From the NCBI RefSeq assembly GCF_009914755.1, contig NC_060939.1: 64,000 nt of DNA; one strand, 5' to 3'. The notes below the pieces were generated by a model. It saw nothing but the letters and a program-made list of their open reading frames with translations. It had not been told where the DNA came from and ran no database searches. A program made the translations under genes and the position numbers. This document shows positions 44,831 through 58,266 of the stretch, one piece after another. The DNA comes from the human T2T-CHM13v2.0 reference genome, Homo sapiens. The stretch's first letter is position 1. Every line of letters starts with the position of its first letter.

Positions 44831-45462
44831 GTGGGTGATCGCCCCTGCCTTCTCCTCCCTTGGTGCATAAACTGTACCATTTAGGTTGTTCATTCTGTAG
44901 AATTCAGAACTGAGCAGACCAGACATGCCACTTTCCTGGTTCTGGTTGTGTTCTGTGGCTAGAAGAGCCTTTCATCTTCTTTGGCCCTAAAATGCTTTCT
45001 CTGGCTGCCTTATTTAGTATCAGGCTTCAGCAGAGGAACTATTGGAACAATCGGCAGGAGACTTTTGATGACACTCTCGTTGTAGAACTGTAAAATCATG
45101 AACACTGGAAGGGACACAGCACCTGCCTCCTCAGCGCCCTCATGTTGAAACTGAGGCATAGGGAGAGTGGCGCCTGCTCCCACCGCAGAGTCAGAAGGTG
45201 GCGCCGCATTTGGCCTGCACCCAGGCTGGTGCACCCAGCACAGCGTGGGGCCTCCTGGGGAGAGCTCAGTCCTGGGGAGTGAGGGGAGTGCGTTCCGTAA
45301 GGTATTTTCAACTCGGCCACTTTCTTTTACAGTTTAGTTTTTTCCTAACATTGACTATTTTTAATATTCTAGATTTTATAGTATTCAATAGTATTCAATA
45401 AGTATGGACTGGGCCCTCCGATGGATTAAGGAGTGGAAGAAGGGTTGAACAGGTTCCAGAAC

Positions 45463-45764
45463 TTTTTTTTTTTTTTTTTTTTGAGACAGAATCTTAATCT
45501 GTCGCCTAGGCTGGAGTGCAGTGGCGTGATCTCGGCTTACTGCAACCTCCACCTCCTGGGTTCAAGTGATTCTCATGTCTCAGACTCCTGAGTAATTGGG
45601 GTTACAGGCATGTACCCCTACACCTGGCTAAATTTTATATTTTTAGTAGAGATGGGGTTTCACTTTGTTGACCAGGCTAATCTTGAACTCCGGACCTCAA
45701 GTGATCCACCCGCCTTGGCCTCCCAAAGTGCTGGGATTACAGGTGCGAGCCACTGTGCCCAGCC
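45463..45764 (-). mobile_element. AluS, antisense
   Basis: Poly-T plus dimer; TSD AGAACTT. Confidence 0.9.
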
Positions 45765-45780
45765 AAGAACTTAATAAAAT

Positions 45781-46098
<318 letters not shown>

Positions 46099-46396
46099 TT
46101 AAGATAGCTGTTTCCTAAGCAGGCCACAGATGAAGCTTTGTGGCAAGAACCAATCCTCCTTGCCTCCCTGTTTCCCAAAGAGCCATTTTAGTCTAGGTGG
46201 GAATCACCGTCTCCCTGAAAAATGATAGACACTTCTTTTGAGACTTTTTTTAAAATGGCTTAGAAAATTAATTTCAGGAAAGGAACCTAAAATTGGCACT
46301 GGTTATAACCAGTCCTCATAGAGGCTTTCTCATAGGGAGGAGCTTGCCTGAGTTTCCTCCTTCTGAGTGTGAAAAGGAAAGCCTTCCCCTTTCTCA

Positions 46397-46744
<348 letters not shown>

Positions 46745-47111
46745 TTATAGACAGAGCCTTTGAAGGGTTCCCACAGAAGGCAGTTTGCAAAGGCCTTGGT
46801 GAGGCTGAGGACAGATGTCTGAGGGGCCACAGAAACCATGAGCATTGGTGTCTCTTGGGATGGTGTAGTGGGCTGGGGAAAAGTCACCACGCTGTGGACC
46901 TCAGGGACCCCTCCTCCACCCCAGCGTCTGCCTGCCTGACAAGAATATTGTGCATGCATTACCATAAGAGCAAAGCACTCTGGGATCCTGGAAAGAAGGG
47001 AATATGGATTAGTTTGCAAGTCAGGTTTTGCTCTGGGAGCACATTGCAATACTCACTTCCTCCTTGGAAACAGAGGTGTGGCCTTCCTCACATGACCTTC
47101 GATGCTTCCAG

Positions 47112-47214
47112 GTGCCTCTGGTGCAACAAGGTTCCCGAGAACTGCAGGACTCTTTTCATTTGAGACCAAGCCCGTATTCCAACTGCGGGAGTCTCCCGAA
47201 CACCATCCTGCCAG
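47112..47214 (+). CDS. CRTC3: CRTC3 exon 14
   Basis: VPLVQQGSRELQDSFHLRPSPYSNCGSLPNTILP(E), 103 nt; CTTCCAG| and CAG|GTGAGC. Confidence 0.94.
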
Positions 47215-47430
47215 GTGAGCGAGCTATCCCTCAGCTTCTTTACTGCTTTTATGTTGTTGTGTGTTCAGGAACCTTCATAAGAGAGTTTAAACAACATAAT
47301 ATTATATAAAGCAAAAAGTTAACGTTCCCTGGGTCGACTTGACTTTTTGAGATGCAGGTGTCCAGCCTCAGAGACCGTGACACAGGGCGGTGGGCCTGGT
47401 AGTCAAAGCCTTTTCTGAAAGATTTCATCT

Positions 47431-47713
47431 GGCCCAGTGCGGTGGCTCACGCCTGTAATCCCAGCACTTTGGGAGGCCGAGGTGGGCGGATCATCAGGTC
47501 AGGAGATCGAGACCATTCTGGCTAACACAGCGAAACCCCGTCTCTACTAAAAAATACAAAAAAAATTAGCTGGGCATGGCGGCGGGCGCCTGTGGTCTCA
47601 GCTACTCGGGAGGCTGAGGCAGAATGGCACCAACCCAGGAGGTGGAGCTTGCAGTGAGCCGAGATTGTGCCACTGTACTCCAGCCTGGGCAACAGTCTCC
47701 AAAAAAAAAAAAA
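47431..47713 (+). mobile_element. AluY-like
   Basis: Dimer; TSD AAAGATTTCATCT. Confidence 0.9.
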
Positions 47714-47946
47714 GATTTCATCTTAGGTGACTGATGACTGTTCAAAAGGAAAAAACCTGCAAAAATTGGGAGTTGTGCAACTGACTGACAAGAATGTAGA
47801 TTCCAGGGCAAGAACTGTGGGCCTGGGGGTGGTCAGGATGTGTGGGATAGCAGTTTAGGGGACTGTCATCAGCTGGGTTTGCTTAGTAGCCTGGAGCCTT
47901 CGCGCCTCCTAACCGCACTGTTTTCCCCTCTGGCCACTCCTTTCAG

Positions 47947-48155
47947 AAGACTCCAGCACCAGCCTGTTCAAAGACCTCAACAGTGCGCTGGCAGGCCTGC
48001 CTGAGGTCAGCCTGAACGTGGACACTCCATTTCCACTGGAAGAGGAGCTGCAGATTGAACCCCTGAGCCTGGACGGACTCAACATGTTAAGTGACTCCAG
48101 CATGGGCCTGCTGGACCCCTCTGTTGAAGAGACGTTTCGAGCTGACAGACTGTGA
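47947..48155 (+). CDS. CRTC3: CRTC3 last exon, coding part (acidic transactivation domain)
   Basis: (E)DSSTSLFKDLNSALAGLPEVSLNVDTPFPLEEELQIEPLSLDGLNMLSDSSMGLLDPSVEETFRADRL*; branch CCTAAC near 47908, TTTCAG|AAG acceptor; C-terminus typical of CRTCs. Confidence 0.96.
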
Positions 48156-49104
48156 ACAGAAGGCAGTGGAACAGAAGAATGTTTTTCTGCAACAGCCAAA
48201 ATAGAATGGAATAGAATGAAGCCAGCTGATACCACGGGCTTTCGTTATCTTGACATAGAAGGAAGCAATGCCACGGCTCCAGGGTTTCAGATGAGATCCC
48301 ATCTCAGACACTGTGGCTTCCTCCAGATCACACAGCTTTGTACTGCCTCTCCCGCCTGTGGCCAAAGTCGTGTTGCAGCAGGCAGGCTGCTTGGAGCTTC
48401 CCATGAACTGGAAAGCTCACCTCCACTGCATCTTTTTACTGGCCATCCAGTCAGCCGATGTGTAAGAGTAGGAAATACTGTGTCACTGGAGGCCTCCGTA
48501 GCATTGTGTAGTGTGCTCAGAACCACTGATCTCCGTCCGCACCGAAGGCGGGCCCGGAGTGGGAGGCTCGGCCTGGGGCGGCGGCACCGGAGAGGGCACC
48601 TCGATGCCTGCTCTGACCTGACCCAGAGGGCGAGGCCCTCCAGCGGGGGACATTCCCAGGCTGAGTGGACCCCACGGCTCTCTCCCACGCCTGGATTACG
48701 ACATGAAGTTTTTACCACAAGCCCGAGGGCAGGCTTGAGTTAGGCAGACTGAAGGCTAATTTTCATTTTCTCCCAGCTGGTTTCTGCTGCTTCAGAAAAG
48801 TACACCTTTTCCTTATGGACCAGAGGAAGAGGAAGACCATTTTATCAGTCACTGAAAAGAGTCCCCTGGCACTGATGAGCCTGAAGAGAACTGTGCTCCT
48901 CCTCGGGGGCTGGGGAAGGAAGACAGGGACTGCAGGTGTCTCATACTCAGTGGCCTCCAGACAAACTCCAGACAAGCACAGACCTCCCCACTAAGAGCAG
49001 CCAGAGGGAGCTGGTGAGGCCCTAACCCCACCCACCGAGCAACTGAGCTTCCCCATCCCTCCCCAGAGCTGTGTCTCTGTGGGCTGGGAGTCTAATGTCA
49101 CCCC

Positions 49105-49245
49105 CCTAGACCGTAAGCTCCTTGAGGGCAGGGACAGTGCCTTATCATTGTTGAACCCGTAGCACCTAACACGTGCGTGGCAGCACAGTCGTGTGCTGGA
49201 GTGAGTGCTGCAGAACCGTGCGTGCAGCGCATGATGAATGAGTGC
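49105..49245 (+). mobile_element. L2 3' end within the CRTC3 3' UTR
   Basis: CTAGACCGTAAGCTCCTTGAGGGCAGGGAC..GCACCTAACAC..TGAATGAG. Confidence 0.65.
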
Positions 49246-51328
49246 GTCCGCCATGCCGTAAGGCAGGCTCACCTGTAGCTATCCCCTTCCCTGCCAGATC
49301 TTCTCAGAGCTTTAGCTTTTCTAGCACTCGTGCCTATGGTGAAGCATGCACTTTAATATGCTTTTAACACTAGGTGACCAAATCACAGTGAAGCCGGGCA
49401 CTGCATTCTCCTTGGGCTGTGCTCCACGCGGGTGGGTGGGAGCTGTCTTCTGAGTACATCCGGAAGGGCTGAGCAGGTGAGTGCCCTGAGCATCCTGGCT
49501 GGGCCCCACCCAGGAAGATCTTCCTTCTCAGATCCACGTTTGGCTCTAAATTGCTTCAAGTAGAGATTCATTCTTTGAGGTTGAAAAAATAGTTTATAGT
49601 AAAACGAAGGCCTAATTCATGGAAGCATCATTAGTCATCAATACCTTCTCATAAAATAGATGGGCCAGATTTCCACCACCGCCTGCCTCCTCTAACTTGG
49701 GTGATGCCAGTAGGTTTGAAGGGGGCAGAGCACTGCAGGGGGAGGGGGGGGTCTAGGCTGTGAGAGGACAGGGTGGAGAGGAGGAGAACCCTGAAGGAGA
49801 GACGGAAGATGCCAGGACCTTTGCTTGGACAGCCATTGCCCTTCCAGGAGACCCTGGAGTGTACTGAGGGTTGCTGGACTGTTCCACCCAGAGGAGCAAG
49901 GCTGTACAATGAGGGTCTGAATCTGGCACACCTGTCCCTTATGTAAAAGGAGTCGTGGTCACAAGACCCTGGGCTGGTTAGCCTCTCCCGACCTCATTCC
50001 ATTTCTATCTTCTGACCTTGCCTCTCATCTTTAAAATAACCCTCATGGGGTGCCCCTCCACCTTCCTCTGGAATCCAAGTATTCCTGTTTCACATTTGCC
50101 CCAAATCTTTGCTGTGGAATTGGGAAATCAAACCAGAGTCCTCCTCGCCTGATTTCCAGCTCAGGAAGGGCCTGCTGGCCTGCCCTGTTCCCAGTTACAC
50201 TTTCAGATCCCTTTGTGCTCAAGATCTCAGAGGGGGTGGCTTTTTGTTAAAGAGCCTTCAGTCGCAATGCTACCCAGCACCCCATGTGCCAAAAGAAACC
50301 AGCTCCTGTGTCAAAGGGCTTCCAAACCTGATCTCACTCTCAACAGGCGATGGTGCTGATGTTTCAAGAATTGTGTTTTTATAAAACAGAGGTCTCAGCA
50401 TAGTCACTCTTCACATAGTGCCTTACCCATGGGTATCGTCATATCCGGGTCCCAGTTCAGTTTGTCTGCACAGCAGCCACCCTGCCTGGCAACAGAGACC
50501 CCAAGACCTACACAGTGAACCCTACTGCCCCAAAGGCGTTCTCCAGGTGACTTGTGAAAACAGACCTCCGGGGAAGTGATTTATTGGGGGTGTACACTGG
50601 GGGCAATATGGTTTAGCACTGAATTCAATTTGTCCTTAGGTCTATGAGTGAGTCCGATCTTTTCTTGTGAAAGGTTTTGGGCATCGTACAACCCACTCTG
50701 CCTAGAAGGTGTGGAGGACTCACCACGGGCAGGGTCGCCCTGGCCCACAGCACGTGAGCCTGCACTCACTGCGGCCTTTGTAACAAAACCAGTTGTGGTC
50801 CTCAGCATTTGAAGCAGCTGCATACTTCAGAGTAAACTATTTTTCATTATTTAGTTTTGTCACAAGAAATCGACCATTGTACTACTCTCACTTACAGCAG
50901 TTAAACAGCATAGAACTAAAAACCTGTCTGCATTTCCATTTTTTCTTTCTGTATGGTTGTGGGTTTTAGGACATAGGGGGTTAGGAGAAGGGGTTTCTTG
51001 ATCATGTCATGAATTCTCCTTTGTCCTGTTTCTCCTGTTTCATTTCTCCTCCGCCTGCTGTATATTACCTGAGCTGGTGTTGTATCTTCAAGTCCATATG
51101 CGTATTTGCAGACCTTTCCTGTTCCCACTCTTGTTGGCTCTTCTGATTTATGCACAGATGGTTCCCAGCATGTGTCCAGTGCTTCATGGATGGGACCATC
51201 CCAGCAACTAATCAGACTTCCTGCCAGTGTCCTAACCCCCAGGGCACCCTGTTCAACCATATTTAAAAATTGGAATTTGTATAAAGTTGCTTCCAAGTTT
51301 TATAATGCATCATTTTACATCTTTTGTA

Positions 51329-51334
51329 ATTAAA
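51329..51334 (+). terminator. Polyadenylation signal ATTAAA
   Basis: ATTAAA with upstream TGTA elements (~51278, ~51325) and downstream GU/U-rich TTGTCTCTGCATTTGGTGGTGTTTTTC. A weaker CATAAA lies at 51701-51706. Confidence 0.7.
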
Positions 51335-52967
51335 AGCATCACAATGAGGTTGTCTCTGCATTTGGTGGTGTTTTTCTTCACTTGGGTGAGGGGTTGGTGG
51401 GGAGCCTTAATCTCACCGCCTCCTGCACGGCTCAGCCTGCAGCTAGGATTTGGAGCCTTGGCAAGGCAGGCCCTGTACCAGCTGTGGGTCAGGCCTTCTT
51501 GTGATACGTGAAGGGGCACTCAGTTCCCTTAGCTGGAGGCAGCTGGGTCTCCTGCCCCCACAGCCAGCACCCGCTCCACACCCCTGCCCACGGCCCTTCC
51601 TCCACCAGATACTCTGTCCTGGGTTGGCCTCTAGCCCTGTCCCTTCCCCAGACCCCCATCCCAGCAGGGTTCAACGCGAACAGCCACATCTAGCACTTGT
51701 CATAAAGGTGACTGTCTCCTGAAATCCTACCTGGAAATCCTGTTTCTGACTTTAACTTCCTGAGCCCCCATTTCCACTCTGGTCTACACACACCCTGTTC
51801 TTTGACCGCACTGAGAATTCTTCCGTGTCCCCTCTTCTCAGCCTGCCCGTCCTCTCCTAGCTTCCCTTGCTTCTGCCCGGGCCCACCTGGCTCGTGGCCT
51901 CCGTGGCACCCCCAGGCCCCTTCTCCTGCCACCACGCCACTCTTCCTCCTCAAGACCTGCCACCACGTCACTCGGGCTGAGCTTTCTGTTGCTGGGAGCC
52001 CTGCGGGAAGAACCAGCACTTCCAGGCTGTGCTGACCCAGCCCTCTCCTGCCACGTGGGGCACCCACGCCCTCCTCTCCTCAAGGCTCATCAGACCACAT
52101 GAGGCCTTCTTGCCTCCCATCCAGGCCACCTGGGCCAGCTCCCGCCGTGTCCCAGCTGCTCCCCATTCCGTCCCATGGCCCGTCGCGCCTTCCCCAGCGT
52201 CCCTATGCCTTACGAGGTCCTGTTTCCACGTCAACCTGACCTTCCGCAAGGACTTGCTGATGTTCTAGGGCCTTCTACTTAGCCCTCTCTGATGGCACCT
52301 CCCCATCAGCCTGTGAAGATGCCCAGTCTCCTTCCTCAGAACAAACAGAAAACTCTCCTTTCCCCGCCGGCTACCCCTCATGCCACAGCCCTGTGTCCTG
52401 CCTCTCCTGGAGGAGCACTCCTGCTCAGCCTCCTTCTGCCCGCAGCCCCAGGGAGCCCTCCAGGATTCCCTACTCTCCTGCCTCTGTCCAAGGCCCTCTG
52501 ATGTCAGCCGCATCCTGACCCTTTGGCCACTCTCTCCCCTCCGAAATCCTCTCTGGCTCCAGTAAGGCTTTTCTGCATATTCTACCACCCAGGCCATGCC
52601 TGTCTCCTATCATCCTCCCCCTCCACCATCATCTTCTTTCCATCGACCTCCCAAACCAACTTCTCCAGCCCTCCAAGCAGACGACCCTCATACTTAGCCC
52701 TCTCCCCACCTGCCTATCAGCCAGTGCTCATGCCCACCCCACCCCTTGTTTTCTGGAGATCCGGGTCCACCTGCAATTGACATCCAGCTTCCCCACAGGG
52801 CTCCAAACTCTGCAAGCACAGGGGCATGTTTACTTGTATGCCACTTCCCCAGCACCTGGCACACAGTAGGGGCTCGAAAAATCCGCAAATTCTTCCGAAC
52901 TGTTGACAGCAGCTTCCTTCTCTTGGAGCTCAGCCCCCATCACCGCCATGGAGCTGGAGACCAGGTG

Positions 52968-55200
52968 TCCTCCAAACACCTCCTCTTCCTCACCTCTCCT
53001 CCTCCTGCACACCCCAACTCCTCCACACCCACTCCCCCTCTACAATCCTCCTCCTCCTCAACCCTCCTCCTCACCCCTCCTCCTCCACAATCCTCCTCTT
53101 ATTCCACACCCCTCCTCCTCCAACCCCTCCTCCAAAGCCCTCCTTCTCCTCCACACCCCTCCAAATTCCACAGCCCTCCTCCACCTCTACACCCACTGCT
53201 CCTCCACAATCCTCCTCCACACCCCTCCTCCTCCACAATCCTCCTCCACACCCCTCCTCCTCAATCCTCCTCCACACCCCTCCTCCTCCACAATCCTCCT
53301 CCTCACCCCTCCTCCTCTGCCACACCCCTACTCCTCCTCACCCATCCTCCTCCACACCCCTTCTAGTCCACCACTCCCCCCTCCTCCTCCACACCCCTCC
53401 TCCTCCTCCACACTCTTACCCCTCCACACCCCTCCTCTTCCACCAGACCCCTCCTCCACACCCCTCCCCCCACCTCACTTCTCCCCCTTCACACACCTCC
53501 TCAACCTTCACATCCCTCCCCCTCCACATCCCTTCCCCCTCCTCACCCCTCTCCCCTCATCACCTCTCCTCCTCCTCCACACCCCTCCTCCTCCACACCC
53601 ATCATCCTCCACGCCCCTTCTCCTCACTCCTCCTCCTCCTGCACACCCCTTCTCCTCCTCACCCTTTGTCCTACTCCACACCACTCCTCTGCCTCACCTC
53701 TTCTCTTCACCCCTTCTCCTCCTCCATACCCCTCCTTCTCAACTCTCCTCCTCCACACTCCTCCTCACCCCGTCCTCCTCCAAACCCTTCCCCCTCCTCT
53801 TGGTTCCTCCTCCACACCCCTCCTGCTCCACATCCCTCCCCCTCCACCCCCTCCACACCCCTCCTCTGCCTCATGCCTCTTCCTCACCCCTCCTCCTCCA
53901 CACCCCTCATCCTCCTCCACACCCCTCCTCCGCCTCACCCCTCCTCCGCCTCACCCCTCCTCCTCACCCCTTCTCCTCTCCACATCCCTCCTGCTCCACA
54001 TCCCTCCTGCTTCACACCCCTCCCCCTCCTCCTTCACACCCCTCATCCTCCACACTCCTCCCCTCCACACCCCTCCTCCTCTACACCCCGCCTCCTCCTC
54101 CACACCCCTCCCCCTCACCTCTCCTCCTCCACACTCACTCCTCCACACCCCTCCTCCTCACCCCTCCTCAACCTCCACACCACACCCCCTCCACTACCCG
54201 CTCCTCACCTCTCCCCTCCCTCACCCCTCCTCCTCCACACCCCTCCTCCTCCTCCACATCCCTACCCCTCCACACCCCTCCCACCTCACTTTTCCCCCTT
54301 CACACACCTCCTCAACCTTCACATCCCTCCCCCTCCACATTCCTTCCCCCTCCTCACCCCTCTCCCCTCATCACCTCTCCTCCTCCTCCACACCCCTCCT
54401 CCTCCACACCCCTCCTCCTCCTCCACACCCCTCCTCCTCCTCCACACCCCTCCTCCTCCACACCCCTCTTCCTCCTCCATACCCCTCCTCCTCAACCCTC
54501 CTCCTTCACACCCCTCACCCCTTTTCCACATCCCTCCTCCTTGCCCCTCCTCCTCACCCTTTGTCCTCCTCCACACCCCTTCTCCTCCTCCATACCCCTC
54601 CTTCTCAACCCTCCTCCTCCACACCCCTCCTCCTCACCCCTTCTCCTCCTCCACACCTGTCCTCCTCCACACTCATCCTCCTCACCGTTCCTCCACCACA
54701 TCCCTCCTCCTCCACACCCCTCCTCACCCCTTGTCCTCCTCCAAACGCTTCTTCCTCCTGTTTCTTCCTCCACACCCCTCCTGCTCCACATCCCTCCCCC
54801 TCCATCCCCTCCACACCCCTCCCCCTCCTCACCCCGTCTCCTCCTCCACACCCCTCCTCCTCCATACCCCTCCTCCACCTCACACCTCCCCCTCACCCCT
54901 TCTCCTCCACCACACCCCTCCTCCTCCACACCCCTCCTCCGCCTCACACCTCCCTCACCCCTCCTCCTCCACACCCCTCCTCATCCTCCACACCCCTCCT
55001 CCGCCTCACCCCCCTCCTCCTCACCCCTTCTCCTCTCCACATCCCTCCTCCTCAACCCTCCTGCTCCACATCCCTCCCCCTTCACACCCCTCCCCCTCCC
55101 CCTTCACACCCCTCCTCATCCTCCACACCCCTCCTCCTCACCCCTCCTCCTCCTCACCCCTCCTCCTCCACACCCCTCCTTCTCCTCACCCCTCCTCCTG
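52968..55200 (+). repeat. C-rich low-complexity array, (CCT)n-CCACACC units
   Basis: About 2.2 kb almost devoid of G on the + strand; recurrent CCTCCTCCTCCACACC. Confidence 0.93.
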
Positions 55201-55312
55201 TGCCATCTTTTCAAACACAGGATACTTTAATCTTGAAAAGTACTGAATTTGTATACTTGTTTTGAAATACTAAATTTTCGATCTGGAAGGAATGATTTTA
55301 GATCTTATTTTG

Positions 55313-55676
<364 letters not shown>

Positions 55677-55896
55677 TTACAATAAACCAGCTATATGCTG
55701 CTATGTCCTCATGTGGACACTAGGTGGAGCTGCAACTATAAGAGTGGCTCTTAGGACCCAGAACAGGACAGAGAGCCCCGGACCCCCTCAACTTTAGCCC
55801 TTGAACTGGGCTGGCAGTGGTGTTGGCTAGAATTGAATTGTATGATATGGAGTAATAAGTATCCTTAGTGACCACCCAGACTACCAGACACTGCAC

Positions 55897-56502
55897 CGTC
55901 AGAAGCATTCAAACCAGAGTGACTCCATCTTGAACAGGGGCTGTGGGTAAAATGAGGCTGAGACCTGCTGGGCTGCATTCCCCGGAGGTTAGGCATTCAA
56001 AGTCACAGGAGGAGACAGGAGATAGGCACAAGATACAGATCACAAAGATCACACTGATAAAACAGGATGCAATAAAGAAACTGCCAGAACCCGCCAAAAC
56101 CAAGATGATGACGAAAGTGACCTCTGGTTGTCCTCACTGTTCATTATTCACTAACTATAATACATTAGTTGCTAAAAGACACTCCCAGCAGCGCGTGACA
56201 GTTCACAAGTGCCATGGCAACGTACGGAAATTACCCTATATGGTCGAAAAGGAAGAGGAACCCTCAGTTCCAGGAAATTCCCACCCCATTCCTGGAAAAC
56301 TCATAAATAATCCACTCCTTATTTACCGTATGATCAAGAAATAACCATAAGTCTACTGAGTCGAGCAGCCCGTGCTGCTGGGGTAGCCCCTTTTTTATTC
56401 ATTTACTTTCTTAATAAACTTGCTATCACTTTGTCAGCTTACTTTTGAATTCCTGCATGAAGCCAGGAATCCATGTGGCCTCCCAGGCTGAACCCTGTGA
56501 CA
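55897..56502 (+). mobile_element. MER41B-like ERV1 solo LTR with tandem GAS motifs
   Basis: Matches recalled MER41 text (GTCAGA..AACCAGAG..ACTCCATCTTGAA..GGGTAAAATGAGGCTGAGACC). Ends TGTGACA; 4-bp TSD GCAC (55893-55896, 56503-56506); AATAAA near 56413. Carries the MER41B-type segment with TTCCAGGAA and TTCCTGGAA. Confidence 0.88.
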
Positions 56503-56532
56503 GCACCACACACATCCCTCACATCAACCTGA

Positions 56533-56864
<332 letters not shown>

Positions 56865-58266
56865 AAGGATGACTTCTTGAGTTTACAGAAGAGGAAACAG
56901 GCCCATAGAGGCTCTGTCACCCAACTAAACAGTGAAGGCACAAAGCCTGGACCCAGTGGGCCTCACATCAAGGCCTCCTGACCTCACCAGCCCAGAACCC
57001 AGGGCTCCAAAGTGCATCCTTCAGGATCTGCTCACAAGTTTCCCTCCCCTGTGCACCCCCGGCCCCCGACTACGCCCATCACCAGGGTGAGGGGTGCGGA
57101 AATGAATCGCACCCTTCACCCTGCAGAGGTGGGCTCTGAGCAGCCCCTCTGGGAAGGGTCCCCACGGATCCCAGTGAGATAGAAGCCTGGCAAAGGAACA
57201 CGTGTTTTTTTTTTCTCTCTCTCTTTTCCAGACATGTATTTTAATTTTTTAAAAAAGCTTTGCTCTGATAAAAATAGTGCATGCTCATTATAAGAAATTC
57301 AAGTAACACCGAAGAGTACCAAAAACAAAAATTTCAAGTGGTCCGGAAATCCAGCACCCCAGAAATAATCATGGCTGACACCCAGGAAACATGGATGGAG
57401 ACATCTCTCTACGCACATATTCAAAGGAGTTTTTTTAACCAAAATGGGCTCATACAATACATACTCTTTTTAGAAAAAGTGCCATACTTAAATTTAACAG
57501 AACAAAAGGCAACTTAAATGTAACTAAAGAAATTACCAAGCTGCAAATAATGACGCTGCTTCTTCTGGTTCTAAATTATTTCTCTAAAGGAAAGAAAAAT
57601 ATTAAGCAGCTGGATTCATTCTTTCAGCATGTTTCAACTATAGATGGCATCTCTTGACAACCTACGATTTAGGATAAGGAAATGAGCTCACCACCACTTC
57701 CTAGCTCCTTCCCCCTCCCAAATTTTGTGAGTTCGTGTTTTTACATTGTCAAGGTTTATACTACTTACATCCTGTCCTGTAACCATCGTTCCCACCATTG
57801 TTTGGCCTGTTGTGTGTGTATGGATTCCCTGTTCCACCGCCTGTCCTTCTAGAATGGGTTTTTCCATTCTTGGGTTATTTTCCTTCACCTCATGGCTACC
57901 TTGACTTTGTCATCAAGGAGTCTTTTCAAGGTCTGAGTTGGTCACAGTCACAGGGATGTCACTGCTGGACTGCAAGGTTGGAGACTGAACTCTGAAATGG
58001 GAGTGAGTGGGCTATATAACTGACTCAGGCTCGATGGAATTTACAGGAAAGGGACAAAGCACTGTACCCTCCATTACGATGACTTGCTAAAAACCACTGT
58101 GTCTTGAACTTGTATCTGGTGACACAGAGTTGAAGTTTTAGAATTTGGAAATAAAATGACTGGGGTGGGGTCCCAAGTACTGTGTTCAAGGAAAGGACAT
58201 GCCAGGCTGCGGGACCTCAATGCCTCCTCCCCATCAACCCTTTGACAGCTGTGCCCTATCCCACCT

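Larger units (their letters stand above)
48156..51355 (+). other. CRTC3: CRTC3 3' UTR (end approximate)
   Basis: Alu-free stretch after the stop codon, ending at an ATTAAA with downstream GU-rich sequence. Confidence 0.7.

Noticed and set aside
48216-48743. 175-aa ORF just after the CRTC3 stop
   Set aside because: It lies in the GC-rich 3' UTR with no recognisable homology; GC content explains the open frame.
52903-55265. Long Pro/Ser/His/Leu-rich ORFs (775, 526 and 234 aa) resembling extensins or mucins
   Set aside because: They arise because the C-rich, G-poor repeat lacks stop codons in several frames. There are no convincing starts or splice context.
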